DNA of 63,822 bases, counting the filler, from Octopus bimaculoides (lineage: Eukaryota): the NCBI RefSeq assembly GCF_001194135.2. It is 6 parts of 5 records of this genome, joined end to end, with 100 filler letters (N's around TTAATTAATTAA, not from the genome) between each part and the next. Parts side by side here need not be neighbours in the genome. Positions count along the whole stretch, not along the records: positions 27,794 to 43,966 come from NC_068989.1; positions 44,067 to 49,455 come from NC_068994.1; 4 more parts are not named here. The stretch is one strand, 5' to 3'. Positions 37,994 to 49,555 of the stretch are shown piece after piece (the first letter of the stretch is position 1; every line of letters begins with the position of its first letter). Below the pieces are notes generated by a model that was not told the origin of the DNA, searched no databases, and was given only the letters and a program-made list of their open reading frames with translations. A program made the position numbers and the translations under genes.

Positions 37994-38078
37994 CTCCTAC
38001 ACATGTTTCGATGGATGCACCCAAGCTACGTCCGACAGGATGAGTAATGGTCAGCTATGCATCAATCTCTTCGGGGAG
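37994..38078 (-). ncRNA. Type-I hammerhead ribozyme motif, U4C core, long stem II
   Basis: Minus strand: ctcc CCGAAGA gattgatgca (38-nt loop) tgcatccatc GAAA CATGTG T A ggag. Stem I 4 of 4 bp, stem II 9 of 10 bp, helix III one CpG deamination from palindrome ACACGTGT. Confidence 0.65.
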
Positions 38079-38338
38079 GATATAAATAACAGTACTCATC
38101 AAATAGACATTTTAAGAGATATATGAAGCTCCAGAAAATGTGACGTATATATATGCATATGCAAACACGCGTGCATACACACATACACGCAACATGTGTT
38201 TAGGTAAACATATATATTTTATACTAATATTACATATATACATATAACATACACACACGTTGATATATCCATGCATATACCCATACAAACATACATATTT
38301 ATATACATATCCACACATAGGTATACGAACATATGCAT

Positions 38339-38373
<35 letters not shown>

Positions 38374-39179
38374 NNNNNNNNNNNNNNNNNNNNNNNNNNN
38401 NNNNNNNNNNNNNNNNNNNNNNNNNNNNNNNNNNNNNNNNNNNNNNNNNNNNNNNNNNNNNNNNNNNNNNNNNNNNNNNNNNNNNNNNNNNNNNNNNNNN
38501 NNNNNNNNNNNNNNNNNNNNNNNNNNNNNNNNNNNNNNNNNNNNNNNNNNNNNNNNNNNNNNNNNNNNNNNNNNNNNNNNNNNNNNNNNNNNNNNNNNNN
38601 NNNNNNNNNNNNNNNNNNNNNNNNNNNNNNNNNNNNNNNNNNNNNNNNNNNNNNNNNNNNNNNNNNNNNNNNNNNNNNNNNNNNNNNNNNNNNNNNNNNN
38701 NNNNNNNNNNNNNNNNNNNNNNNNNNNNNNNNNNNNNNNNNNNNNNNNNNNNNNNNNNNNNNNNNNNNNNNNNNNNNNNNNNNNNNNNNNNNNNNNNNNN
38801 NNNNNNNNNNNNNNNNNNNNNNNNNNNNNNNNNNNNNNNNNNNNNNNNNNNNNNNNNNNNNNNNNNNNNNNNNNNNNNNNNNNNNNNNNNNNNNNNNNNN
38901 NNNNNNNNNNNNNNNNNNNNNNNNNNNNNNNNNNNNNNNNNNNNNNNNNNNNNNNNNNNNNNNNNNNNNNNNNNNNNNNNNNNNNNNNNNNNNNNNNNNN
39001 NNNNNNNNNNNNNNNNNNNNNNNNNNNNNNNNNNNNNNNNNNNNNNNNNNNNNNNNNNNTATATATATATACTCACAACACATGCATATGCTAACATTAA
39101 TGGGCTTATACGACTACGTGCTTACACACATAATCACACTTACACATACACGTACAGAAGCATACACAAACCAGAAAAA

Positions 39180-39230
<51 letters not shown>

Positions 39231-40122
39231 TATAGATAGATGATAGATGGATAGATAAACGTACAAATAATAGCACATGGATAGTGGTTCAGTTACAGCT
39301 GTTTCAGCTGCGTTTTGTTTTATTGATGAATAGAGTTATTACATCAATGGACACATGCTACGAATTAAATATTTAAAAAACATATTCCACGAATCCTAGT
39401 ATGTACCATTTTATGACTCTCTGGCGTTCTTCGAAACTTGTATCAGCATATAAACATGCCTACAGACACATACGCATACATATCCTAACTTAGAAGTTTC
39501 GCCATTAACATTTTTTCATGTAAGGACTGAAAAAGAAAAGATTAGAAATATTTAGAAAAGGAAATGAATATAAAAAAGCGATTGGATTATTTTCGATATT
39601 TTATTGATAATTAACATCCACAAAATACATACATCTTACTTATCCTCGCTATCTCAGAATTCAAATGTCTTTAATGTGTAGGGCAGCAAAATCCTCTGTA
39701 GACAATACGTTTGGGAACTTTCTGTGAGATCGTAAACATTGCAACGTGTATACACAGTGTTATGTATGAACACAATATCAACTCAATGAAGGTACAGTTT
39801 CGTTGCCGTCGATTTACTTTCTGTACGTAAAGAAATAATTTGCTAAAATCTCATTGTCCTGCCCTATGAAGGTGATGTTGTTCTTCATTCTTCTCTACGC
39901 TTCAGAACAAAATGTATCATCCACACAGCCTATTGATGTCACCGTTTTGTTTTTAATTAATTATAAACAGACACAAAAAGAGGAGGTTTAAAATAAAAGA
40001 TTCTTGCATTTGTATTTAATATGTTGGGTACTCTTAACAGCACATATATAAAATGACTGATCATCTTATATAGGAAAAATTTTCTATGTCATCATCTTAG
40101 ATAACACAATATTGAAAAAGTC

Positions 40123-40341
40123 TGAAGGCGGTGAGCTGGTAGAAACGTTAGCACGCCGGGCGAAATGCTTAGCGGTATTTCGTCTGTCTTTACTTTCTGA
40201 GTTCAAATTCCGCCGAGATCGACTTTGCCTTTCATCCTTTTCGGCGTCGATAAATTAAGTACCAGTTGCGTACTGGGGTCGATCTAATCGACTGGCCCCT
40301 TCCCCAAAACATTCAGGCATTGCACCTAGAGTAAAAAAGAT
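40123..40341 (+). mobile_element. Young SINE (GGCGGTGAGCTGG head) with 13-bp TSD
   Basis: TSD tattgaaaaagtc at 40110-40122 and 40342-40354; CpGs retained. Confidence 0.9.
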
Positions 40342-40487
40342 TATTGAAAAAGTCAGTGGCACTACAAATGCTGCAGAATCAACATCTTCGATAACCACCC
40401 TTCGCGATTTCACATCAGCAGCATTGCAATATGCACGTGTGTGTGTGTGGGTGGGCATGCATGTGTGTGTTTATATGCGTACGTGTA

Positions 40488-40576
<89 letters not shown>

Positions 40577-41022
40577 ACACACACACACATATATATGTAT
40601 ATATTTATGTATGTTTGCATGATACATGCTTATCATATACATACATACATACATATATATTTCTTTTTGGGAATTACTTCTCGAAGTACACATAAAGGTA
40701 TAAATAATAACATATAGATACGCTATTGTTTATAAATAAAAAGAGACCTTTGAATAGATAAAGTCGAAGGCAGCCCTTAGGACACGAACCCACATCCTCT
40801 AAAGACATGCCAGGCGTTATGACGCCAACAACATCCATCCATCCATACATATATGTATGCATATATACATGCAAACACATTTGCATACACGCATGTTTAC
40901 ATTACTTGAAGTTCTACAGACAGGAAAAGAACGTAATAACAAAATAAAGAACAGGGAAAAACGCATATATATATGTATATATATACTTGGAGACAGTGCG
41001 TGGCGTTCGATCATATAGCATA

Positions 41023-41070
<48 letters not shown>

Positions 41071-42296
41071 AATGCCTGATCGCCCGTCAGACATCCGTTG
41101 TCTTTTGTTTTTGTTTCTTTTATTCTCCAGTTAGTTCATGCTATTTTATGCTCCTGTGAATTCTCCTGAAGGAATCCACAAGAGCATAAAACTCTGAATA
41201 GCGTCAAAGTGAATCGTAAGCATAGAATGATTAAATATACTCTTGTTGATAGATTAAGAATTATTTTCGTCTGTTAGTCTGTTTATACATGAAAGCTCGT
41301 ATATCATATTTCATATATTCCGATGTATTCACGCATGTATTCATACGGGCATTTATTACAAGTGTGTCCGCCGTCTGTATGTCAATCTAAGTAGTTTGCT
41401 CAGTAACTGGTCTCATATTATGATTACATTACGTAAATGGATCTTGTCTAAAGCGATATTACGCAATTATCCAGAGGATCAAAGATTTAACCTCCAGCAG
41501 CCGATAATAGCTTTGTTATTGCAGATGGGAAAAGATCAATGTGGAGGGGAAAAACCAAATCGAACGATACTGAAAGTGCTACTAGAAAATCGATGCATTA
41601 CTTCGTCTTCCCAAACAAATCAAGTTAAGACTTGCAGACGTAAGACTGTTAAATAGGTTATACATACGTGCGCGTGCGCGTGTGTGTGCGTATGAATGAG
41701 TGAGTGTGTCTATAACCGTACTTAGATATATGCATGTGCATGTGTATATGTATGTAATTATATATGTGTGTGTATTTCTATACAAATACATTGTTATGGG
41801 GTATACTCAAAGATTATAGCTGTCATTTCTTTCGAAAATGTATTCAATAGATTTATAAAAATTTAGTAGCTTCATGAGACAGTAGTAAAAATATATTGCA
41901 TTTATTACATAACTTCCACATGGACAGTAACACAGGGATCGACTGGTTGATTTTCTTGTATGTGAATAAAACCGAAACGGCGGCGTCAAGGTGACCCCTT
42001 TTAATTGTCCACATTGCGGTTGTATAATTAACATGACAGACGTCGACAACTGTCTCCTATATTTAGTAAATTTAACGTGTTCCAGTAACTTACGAACGCA
42101 AAATCGGTTAGTCTTTGGGCGCATCCTAGAGCAGGCCTGGCCAACTCGAATTACATTGCAGGCCACTTTAATCACAGAAAGGTTTTGAGGGCCGCTTGTA
42201 TACTTTATGCATTAATAGTCAAATAATCAAATTACAGAATCATGAATTTCTTATACTTTTATACGTTTGTTTAAAATTATGAAATTGTAGAACATA

Positions 42297-42389
42297 TTGC
42301 CACTTAAATGTGGTTAACCCTTAAAGGTTGATGCTACTGTAGCTTGTACTAGCATCAACCCTTAAGGGTTATCCACATTTAAGTGGCAA
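42297..42389. repeat. Near-perfect 40-bp inverted repeat with 13-nt loop
   Basis: ttgccacttaaatgtggttaacccttaaaggttgatgcta / tagcatcaacccttaagggttatccacatttaagtggcaa; two mismatches. Confidence 0.95.
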
Positions 42390-43135
42390 ATATACCTAAA
42401 TTTTTTCTGGAGAACATTATTTTTCTTTGTGGTTGGGTCGTTGATGACCTCTTTCTAGCATATTGGATGTCCACCTAGTGGTCATCCCTTATACACGTGT
42501 AATACAATTTTTTCAAAATTTTTTCTGAATTTTCAAATTTGTTATATGCAAGGCCACTTGGTTTTAAATTGAATTAATATTCAATTTATCACCCTNNNNN
42601 NNNNNNNNNNNNNNNNNNNNNNNNNNNNNNNNNNNNNNNNNNNNNNNNNNNNNNNNNNNNNNNNNNNNNNNNNNNNNNNNNNNNNNNNNNNNNNNNNNNN
42701 NNNNNNNNNNNNNNNNNNNNNNNNNNNNNNNNNNNNNNNNNNNNNNNNNNNNNNNNNNNNNNNNNNNNNNNNNNNNNNNNNNNNNNNNNNNNNNNNNNNN
42801 NNNNNNNNNNNNNNNNNNNNNNNNNNNNNNNNNNNNNNNNNNNNNNNNNNNNNNNNNNNNNNNNNNNNNNNNNNNNNNNNNNNNNNNNNNNNNNNNNNNN
42901 NNNNNNNNNNNNNNNNNNNNNNNNNNNNNNNNNNNNNNNNNNNNNNNNNNNNNNNNNNNNNNNNNNNNNNNNNNNNNNNNNNNNNNNNNNNNNNNNNNNN
43001 NNNNNNNNNNNNNNNNNNNNNNNNNNNNNNNNNNNNNNNNNNNNNNNNNNNNNNNNNNNNNNNNNNNNNNNNNNNNNNNNNNNNNNNNNNNNNNNNNNNN
43101 NNNNNNNNNNNNNNNNNNNNNNNNNNNNNNNNNNN

Positions 43136-43570
43136 GAGAAATTAAGGCCAATAGGCCAGATATAGTTGTCAGAGATCATGAAGGAAAAAATACTTTCTAA
43201 TTGATGTATCAATACCAGCAGATGACAACGTTTCCCTAAAAAAAATGGAGAAATTTTCAAAATATAAAGACCTGGAAATAGAGGTAACTCGAATGTGGAA
43301 TCTAAAAACAGAAACAATTCCTATGATAGTAGGCGCCTTAGGTATAATAAAAAAATATTCAGACAAATACATAGCAAAAACACCAGGACTTACAAATATA
43401 TATAACACACAGAAAATTGCACAACTGGGCACTGCACATATCCTACGCAAAACACTTTCAGTACAGTAATCATAAGAGCATCACAGCAAACCACAGCACA
43501 TACCCAAGGTACACAGAGATGCGCTCGGTAGTGAAGTGAAAGCACGTTATAAAAATAAAACTACTGAAAG
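43136..43570 (+). mobile_element. R4/Dong-like element 3' end (PD-(D/E)xK RLE plus 3' UTR); upstream part lost in gap
   Basis: IKANRPDIVVRDHEGK/FLIDVSIPADDNVSLKKMEKFSKYKDLEIEVTRMWNLKTETIPMIVGALG...GTAHILRKTLSVQ* (stop at 43469); one frameshift; followed by (TAA)n. Confidence 0.9.
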
Positions 43571-43596
43571 TTATATATAATAATAATAATAATAAT

Positions 43597-43966
43597 AAAG
43601 AAGAAGTGCAAGAATTTTGGAATAAAATCTGGGCAGAAGATAAAACACACAATGAAAAGGCCCCTTGGATTGATAGAATAGCTACAGACCTAGACTCCTT
43701 AGAGGAGCAGAAGTGGGAGGGGGTCAGGGTAGAAGATATAAGATCTGCTCTCAGGAGGTCAAGCAAATGGAAGTCTCCAGGAAAGGATAACATTCCTAAC
43801 TTCTGGTTGAATGCCTTCCCAGAAAGCCATGAACTGCTAACAAAACTTTACAACGATGTTTTGCAAAATCCTAGTTTGATGCCCTCTTGGCTAGTTAATG
43901 GTTTAACATTCCTGCTTCCAAAAAATGAGGAAACAAACGAACCAAAAAATTATCGCCCCATAACCT
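43597..43966 (+). mobile_element. Second R4/Dong-like element, 5'-truncated inside the pre-RT region, running into gap
   Basis: EEVQEFWNKIW...APWI...KWKSPGKDNIPNFWL...PSWLVNGLTFLLPKNEETNEPKNYRPIT; open frame; starts directly after (TAA)n. Confidence 0.9.
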
Positions 43967-44287
43967 NNNNNNNNNNNNNNNNNNNNNNNNNNNNNNNNNN
44001 NNNNNNNNNNTTAATTAATTAANNNNNNNNNNNNNNNNNNNNNNNNNNNNNNNNNNNNNNNNNNNNTATATATATATATATATATACATACATACATACA
44101 TACATACATACATACATACATAAATACATACGTCGGCAGCAAATTTTGCGGAGCTCCTCCAACTGCTGTCGGCTTGTTGTAAACTTTCAGGTGTTAAAAT
44201 TTATAAACTGCCTTTAACGCAGCCTATGGTACTAGTATGAGCAGCGCCTCAAACCTTTAAATGTAGACTAGTTCGTGTATATATATG

Positions 44288-44319
<32 letters not shown>

Positions 44320-44552
44320 TGTACGTATAACTGGCATACAGACACATTCTTTCACCCGGCCTTTCTTTCTCTCTGTCTGTCTGTCTAACTACTCCGTATG
44401 TTTCTGTGTTTCTGTGTGCGCGCATGTGTTCAACAATGTAACTTTGTTTAGGTTGAGTGTGTAAGAACGTACTCTGCCTTCCTCGAAATACTTAACTACA
44501 CCCGCGTCGTCGAAATTTCAACAAAGAAATAAAGTACGAACGAAAAGAGAAC

Positions 44553-44584
<32 letters not shown>

Positions 44585-45801
44585 GGTGGGGGTGAAAAAG
44601 AAACAAAAAAAGCTCGGTGAGGCGACTAAATAAATAAATAAATAAAAACCATTACCTCCTGGGTATTTTACTCTCGTTTTNNNNNNNNNNNNNNNNNNNN
44701 NNNNNNNNNNNNNNNNNNNNNNNNNNNNNNNNNNNNNNNNNNNNNNNNNNNNNNNNNNNNNNNNNNNNNNNNNNNNNNNNNNNNNNNNNNNNNNNNNNNN
44801 NNNNNNNNNNNNNNNNNNNNNNNNNNNNNNNNNNNNNNNNNNNNNNNNNNNNNNNNNNNNNNNNNNNNNNNNNNNNNNNNNNNNNNNNNNNNNNNNNNNN
44901 NNNNNNNNNNNNNNNNNNNNNNNNNNNNNNNNNNNNNNNNNNNNNNNNNNNNNNNNNNNNNNNNNNNNNNNNNNNNNNNNNNNNNNNNNNNNNNNNNNNN
45001 NNNNNNNNNNNNNNNNNNNNNNNNNNNNNNNNNNNNNNNNNNNNNNNNNNNNNNNNNNNNNNNNNNNNNNNNNNNNNNNNNNNNNNNNNNNNNNNNNNNN
45101 NNNNNNNNNNNNNNNNNNNNNNNNNNNNNNNNNNNNNNNNNNNNNNNNNNNNNNNNNNNNNNNNNNNNNNNNNNNNNNNNNNNNNNNNNNNNNNNNNNNN
45201 NNNNNNNNNNNNNNNNNNNNNNNNNNNNNNNNNNNNNNNNNNNNNNNNNNNNNNNNNNNNNNNNNNNNNNNNNNNNNNNNNNNNNNNNNNNNNNNNNNNN
45301 NNNNNNNNNNNNNNNNNNNNNNNNNNNNNNNNNNNNNNNNNNNNNNNNNNNNNNNNNNNNNNNNNNNNNNNNNNNNNNNNNNNNNNNNNNNNNNNNNNNN
45401 NNNNNNNNNNNNNNNNNNNNNNNNNNNNNNNNNNNNNNNNNNNNNNNNNNNNNNNNNNNNNNNNNNNNNNNNNNNNNNNNNNNNNNNNNNNNNNNNNNNN
45501 NNNNNNNNNNNNNNNNNNNNNNNNNNNNNNNNNNNNNNNTCCCAAATCCTCGTTCTGGGTTTGAGCAGTGTGTTGTGTGTGTGTGTGTTGTGTGTGTGTG
45601 GGTATTATTAGTCAGCGTCGCGGACAACAGAGCAACAAGAAGAAGAAGAAGAAGACGAAGAAGACGAAGACGAAGAAGAAGAAGAAGAAGAAGGAGTAAG
45701 ACAAGGCAGGAGGGAGGAGTGCTTCTCGCTTCAGCTCCGCTTTCTCCTGTCAAAACATTTGTGTGTGTTGTCAGTAGTTTTTTCACCTTCGGAGCCGACA
45801 G

Positions 45802-45939
45802 ATGATCGACCAGCTCCTGAAACACACAGCAACAACAACAACAACAACAACAACAATAATAATAACAACACAGCAACAACAACAGCAACTGCAGCAGCAA
45901 CAGTTACACATTTTACAATACCATCTACAACAACGCTAA
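45802..45939 (+). other. Putative uORF (45 aa, poly-Thr/poly-Gln) in the presumed Slit 5' leader
   Basis: MIDQLLKHTATTTTTTTTIIITTQQQQQLQQQQLHILQYHLQQR*; same frame as Slit but stops at 45937-45939. Transcription not shown. Confidence 0.3.
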
Positions 45940-46185
45940 CAAACAATAACAACACCGAAAAATTCACACACACACACACACACACAAAAAATCCCCCAGC
46001 ATCGCTAACTCCACCAACAAACTACAACACTAACATCGCCACTAATAACAGCAACCACCGCAACAACAACAGCAACAACAACAACAATAACAATTGCTAC
46101 ACCTTAAAACCCATCGACAATTCCAATATTGGCAATCGCAAAAGCAACAACAACTACAACAACATCGGTCACACCGACAACAACG

Positions 46186-46293
46186 ATGACGAATGCGACG
46201 ATGGTTAGGATGACAATAACTAGTAAAACACCTGAAAAAACAACTTCGTGTTTTATGCCCTCTTCACGTGGTACTACTACTACTACTACTACA

Positions 46294-46327
<34 letters not shown>

Positions 46328-46655
46328 ATACTAATAATAATATTACTACAACTGCAACGGATAATACTACTGTTACTACTATTGCTACTCCTTTGTCTGC
46401 TTCCGTCATATCGCCCCTCATTTCAACTTCAGTCACCGTACCCATCCCTTCACACGCGTTGTCGTCGTCGTCGTCATCGCCAACGCCGTCATCTTCATTA
46501 CCGTTATCACCACCGTCACCGCCGCCATCATTACCATCACCAGCTTCATCGTCGTCGTCGTCGTCGTCGTCGTTGTCATCGTCATCGTCAGCACTACAAC
46601 CACCACCACTATCAACATCAATATTATCGACACGGGATCAACTAGTTACTACGAA

Positions 46656-46691
<36 letters not shown>

Positions 46692-46692
46692 A
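46186..46692 (+). CDS. Possible low-complexity N-terminal extension of Slit (169 aa; T18, poly-S/P, N11)
   Basis: No stop from 46129 to the donor; in-frame ATGs at 46186, 46201 (acgATGg), 46210 and 46255; only triplet repeats. Could equally be 5' UTR. Confidence 0.4.
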
Positions 46693-47000
46693 ATGATGTC
46701 GTCGATGACTGGAATTAAACCTTCGTTCTCTGGGGCCTCCTCGCTCTCTGGCCCAACTTCCTCCGGTGGTCGCCACTTTGTTTGTCACCCGTCGGCACTG
46801 CGCTTTTTACTAGTGTTCACGTTAACCTTGGCTTTACCACAGGTCGATGCCCGCTACGGACTGGCCATGAGAATGTACAACGGTTTCAGCACGGGCCGCA
46901 ATTGTCCGACCAGTTGTTCATGTATTGGAACCACTGTGGACTGTAGCTTTCGGAATCTGCAATATGTACCGAGTGATATACCCAAGGACACAAAGAGATT
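46693..47000 (+). CDS. slit: Slit-like axon-guidance ligand, first coding exon (signal segment plus LRRNT)
   Basis: MMSSMTG...ALRFLLVFTLTLALPQVDA-RYG...CPTSCSCIGTTVDCSFRNLQYVPSDIPKDTKRL. Closely follows the Slit N-terminal cap as I recall it (human SLIT2 [33 protein letters not shown]). Exon ends TT|GTAAGT at 47000/47001, phase 2 in the Leu codon, the usual Slit LRR exon boundary. Another LRR gene is not excluded without downstream exons. Confidence 0.8.
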
Positions 47001-47009
47001 GTAAGTACA

Positions 47010-47058
<49 letters not shown>

Positions 47059-47074
47059 GTCGTTGTTGTTGTTG

Positions 47075-47106
<32 letters not shown>

Positions 47107-47439
47107 GAGAGAGCAGCGCATGCCATCAAAGTGAGACTGAAGTACAAATATACGAAACCCAAATAGACCCATCATGACTACCCGTCTGATAAGGGTACAT
47201 CAAGCTCATACATCATACATATACATCATACACATACATCATACACAACCATATGTGCGCGACATAGTTATTTAGAATTCCGCCGAGGTCGACTTTGCCT
47301 TTCCTCCCTTCGGGATCGATAAATAAAGTACCAGTCAAGTACTGGGATCGATGTGATCAACTTACTCCCTCCCGCAAAATTTCAGGCCTTGTGCCTACAG
47401 TAGAAAGCATTATTATTATCATCATTATTATTATTATTA

Positions 47440-47484
<45 letters not shown>

Positions 47485-47511
47485 CTTTTAAATGTTCACT
47501 TGTTTCGTATT

Positions 47512-47810
47512 GGGGTGCGTGGCCTGATGGTTAGAAGTGCTGGACTAACGAACGTTAGGACGTAGATTTCGATTCTCATGTCGGGGTGGCATGTCGTGTC
47601 CTTGAGCAAGCACCAAGTATACTCGACTGAAATTTAATTTAATCATCGGTGTTATTTGTGAATTAACCCTCCGGTGAACTGTCGCCCCGTCCAGGAAGGT
47701 GGTTGTCCCACACCCTAAACGGTTTGAAATCGACGAATGTCCTCCAGCCTCCAGGACCTGTGAGCTAGAGGCAGGTTTTGGTATCAAGCATTGCACTAGG
47801 GACATACATA
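47512..47810 (+). mobile_element. tRNA-headed SINE (V/Meta-like core) in Slit intron 1
   Basis: gggtgcgtggcctgatggttag...tttcgattctc...gtgtccttgagcaagcac...ctgtcgccccgtccagg. Confidence 0.6.
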
Positions 47811-49555
47811 TCGACCTCCCTATCACCACCACCACCACCACCACCACTGCTCATTTTTCATCGATATCTATATACCGAAATGCTAAATCAGCGTTTTTGA
47901 CAGAAGCAGGTAAATTATGCAGGTTTCTATTGGTAAGCATAAATACAGGAAGATACTCACAGATACACATCTGTGACAGGTTTCTGTACAGTTTCTGCGC
48001 ACCATACCTAAACCCGATATTAAAGTAGAAAAATAAGTTTCAACGTGTTGTGGGATCGAACCAAGAGTAACATGCCTGTAAACTGAACTTATTAACAACA
48101 CGGCTTTGCTAGGTTTATATATAGGTATTAATGAATGTAATGTATGTATGCATATATATANNNNNNNNNNNNNNNNNNNNNNNNNNNNNNNNNNNNNNNN
48201 NNNNNNNNNNNNNNNNNNNNNNNNNNNNNNNNNNNNNNNNNNNNNNNNNNNNNNNNNNNNNNNNNNNNNNNNNNNNNNNNNNNNNNNNNNNNNNNNNNNN
48301 NNNNNNNNNNNNNNNNNNNNNNNNNNNNNNNNNNNNNNNNNNNNNNNNNNNNNNNNNNNNNNNNNNNNNNNNNNNNNNNNNNNNNNNNNNNNNNNNNNNN
48401 NNNNNNNNNNNNNNNNNNNNNNNNNNNNNNNNNNNNNNNNNNNNNNNNNNNNNNNNNNNNNNNNNNNNNNNNNNNNNNNNNNNNNNNNNNNNNNNNNNNN
48501 NNNNNNNNNNNNNNNNNNNNNNNNNNNNNNNNNNNNNNNNNNNNNNNNNNNNNNNNNNNNNNNNNNNNNNNNNNNNNNNNNNNNNNNNNNNNNNNNNNNN
48601 NNNNNNNNNNNNNNNNNNNNNNNNNNNNNNNNNNNNNNNNNNNNNNNNNNNNNNNNNNNNNNNNNNNNNNNNNNNNNNNNNNNNNNNNNNNNNNNNNNNN
48701 NNNNNNNNNNNNNNNNNNNNNNNNNNNNNNNNNNNNNNNNNNNNNNNNNNNNNNNNNNNNNNNNNNNNNNNNNNNNNNNNNNNNNNNNNNNNNNNNNNNN
48801 NNNNNNNNNNNNNNNNNNNNNNNNNNNNNNNNNNNNNNNNNNNNNNNNNNNNNNNNNNNNNNNNNNNNNNNNNNNNNNNNNNNNNNNNNNNNNNNNNNNN
48901 NNNNNNNNNNNNNNNNNNNNNNNNNNNNNNNNNNNNNNNNNNNNNNNNNNNNNNNNNNNNNNNNNNNNNNNNNNNNNNNNNNNNNNNNNNNNNNNNNNNN
49001 NNNNNNNNNNNNNNNNNNNNNNNNNNNNNNNNNNNNNNNNNNNNNNNNNNNNNNNNNATATATATATATATAACTGCCTGAAACTGTAGGGACATCTGTT
49101 AACTTAACTGAAGAAAGAAAGCCACGAATGATCCGTCCTTTTTTTTTCCTGGCCCTCTAATAGTTGTTTTTCCTGTCCACCTTTTATCGTCTATCTGTTC
49201 GGATCTTTTATTGTCCTCTATTGCGTTTTTGTTCCCTTTTATAACTATATATATACTCCTTATATATTCATACATGTGCATATATATTCCAACATATATA
49301 CATGTATCTATGTATTCTATGTGTGTTTGTGTGTGTTTGTGTGTACATGTATATATATATGTGTGTGTATGTATGTATCTATATATATATATATATATAT
49401 ATGAATGTATATATATGTATATATATATATGTATAAATATATATGTATGTATATANNNNNNNNNNNNNNNNNNNNNNNNNNNNNNNNNNNNNNNNNNNNT
49501 TAATTAATTAANNNNNNNNNNNNNNNNNNNNNNNNNNNNNNNNNNNNNNNNNNNN

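Noticed and set aside
39293-39306. GAAACAGCTGTAA half-motifs (39293 minus; also about 62888 plus)
   Set aside because: Helix III half only; no catalytic CUGANGA upstream.
44650-44662. Minus-strand GAG|GTAATG as donor of a divergent gene
   Set aside because: Single motif beside a gap; no exon or acceptor to support it.
45731-47175. Overlapping minus-strand and alternative-frame ORFs around Slit exon 1
   Set aside because: Shadows of triplet repeats; only the 46129 frame has a recognisable domain and a splice donor.
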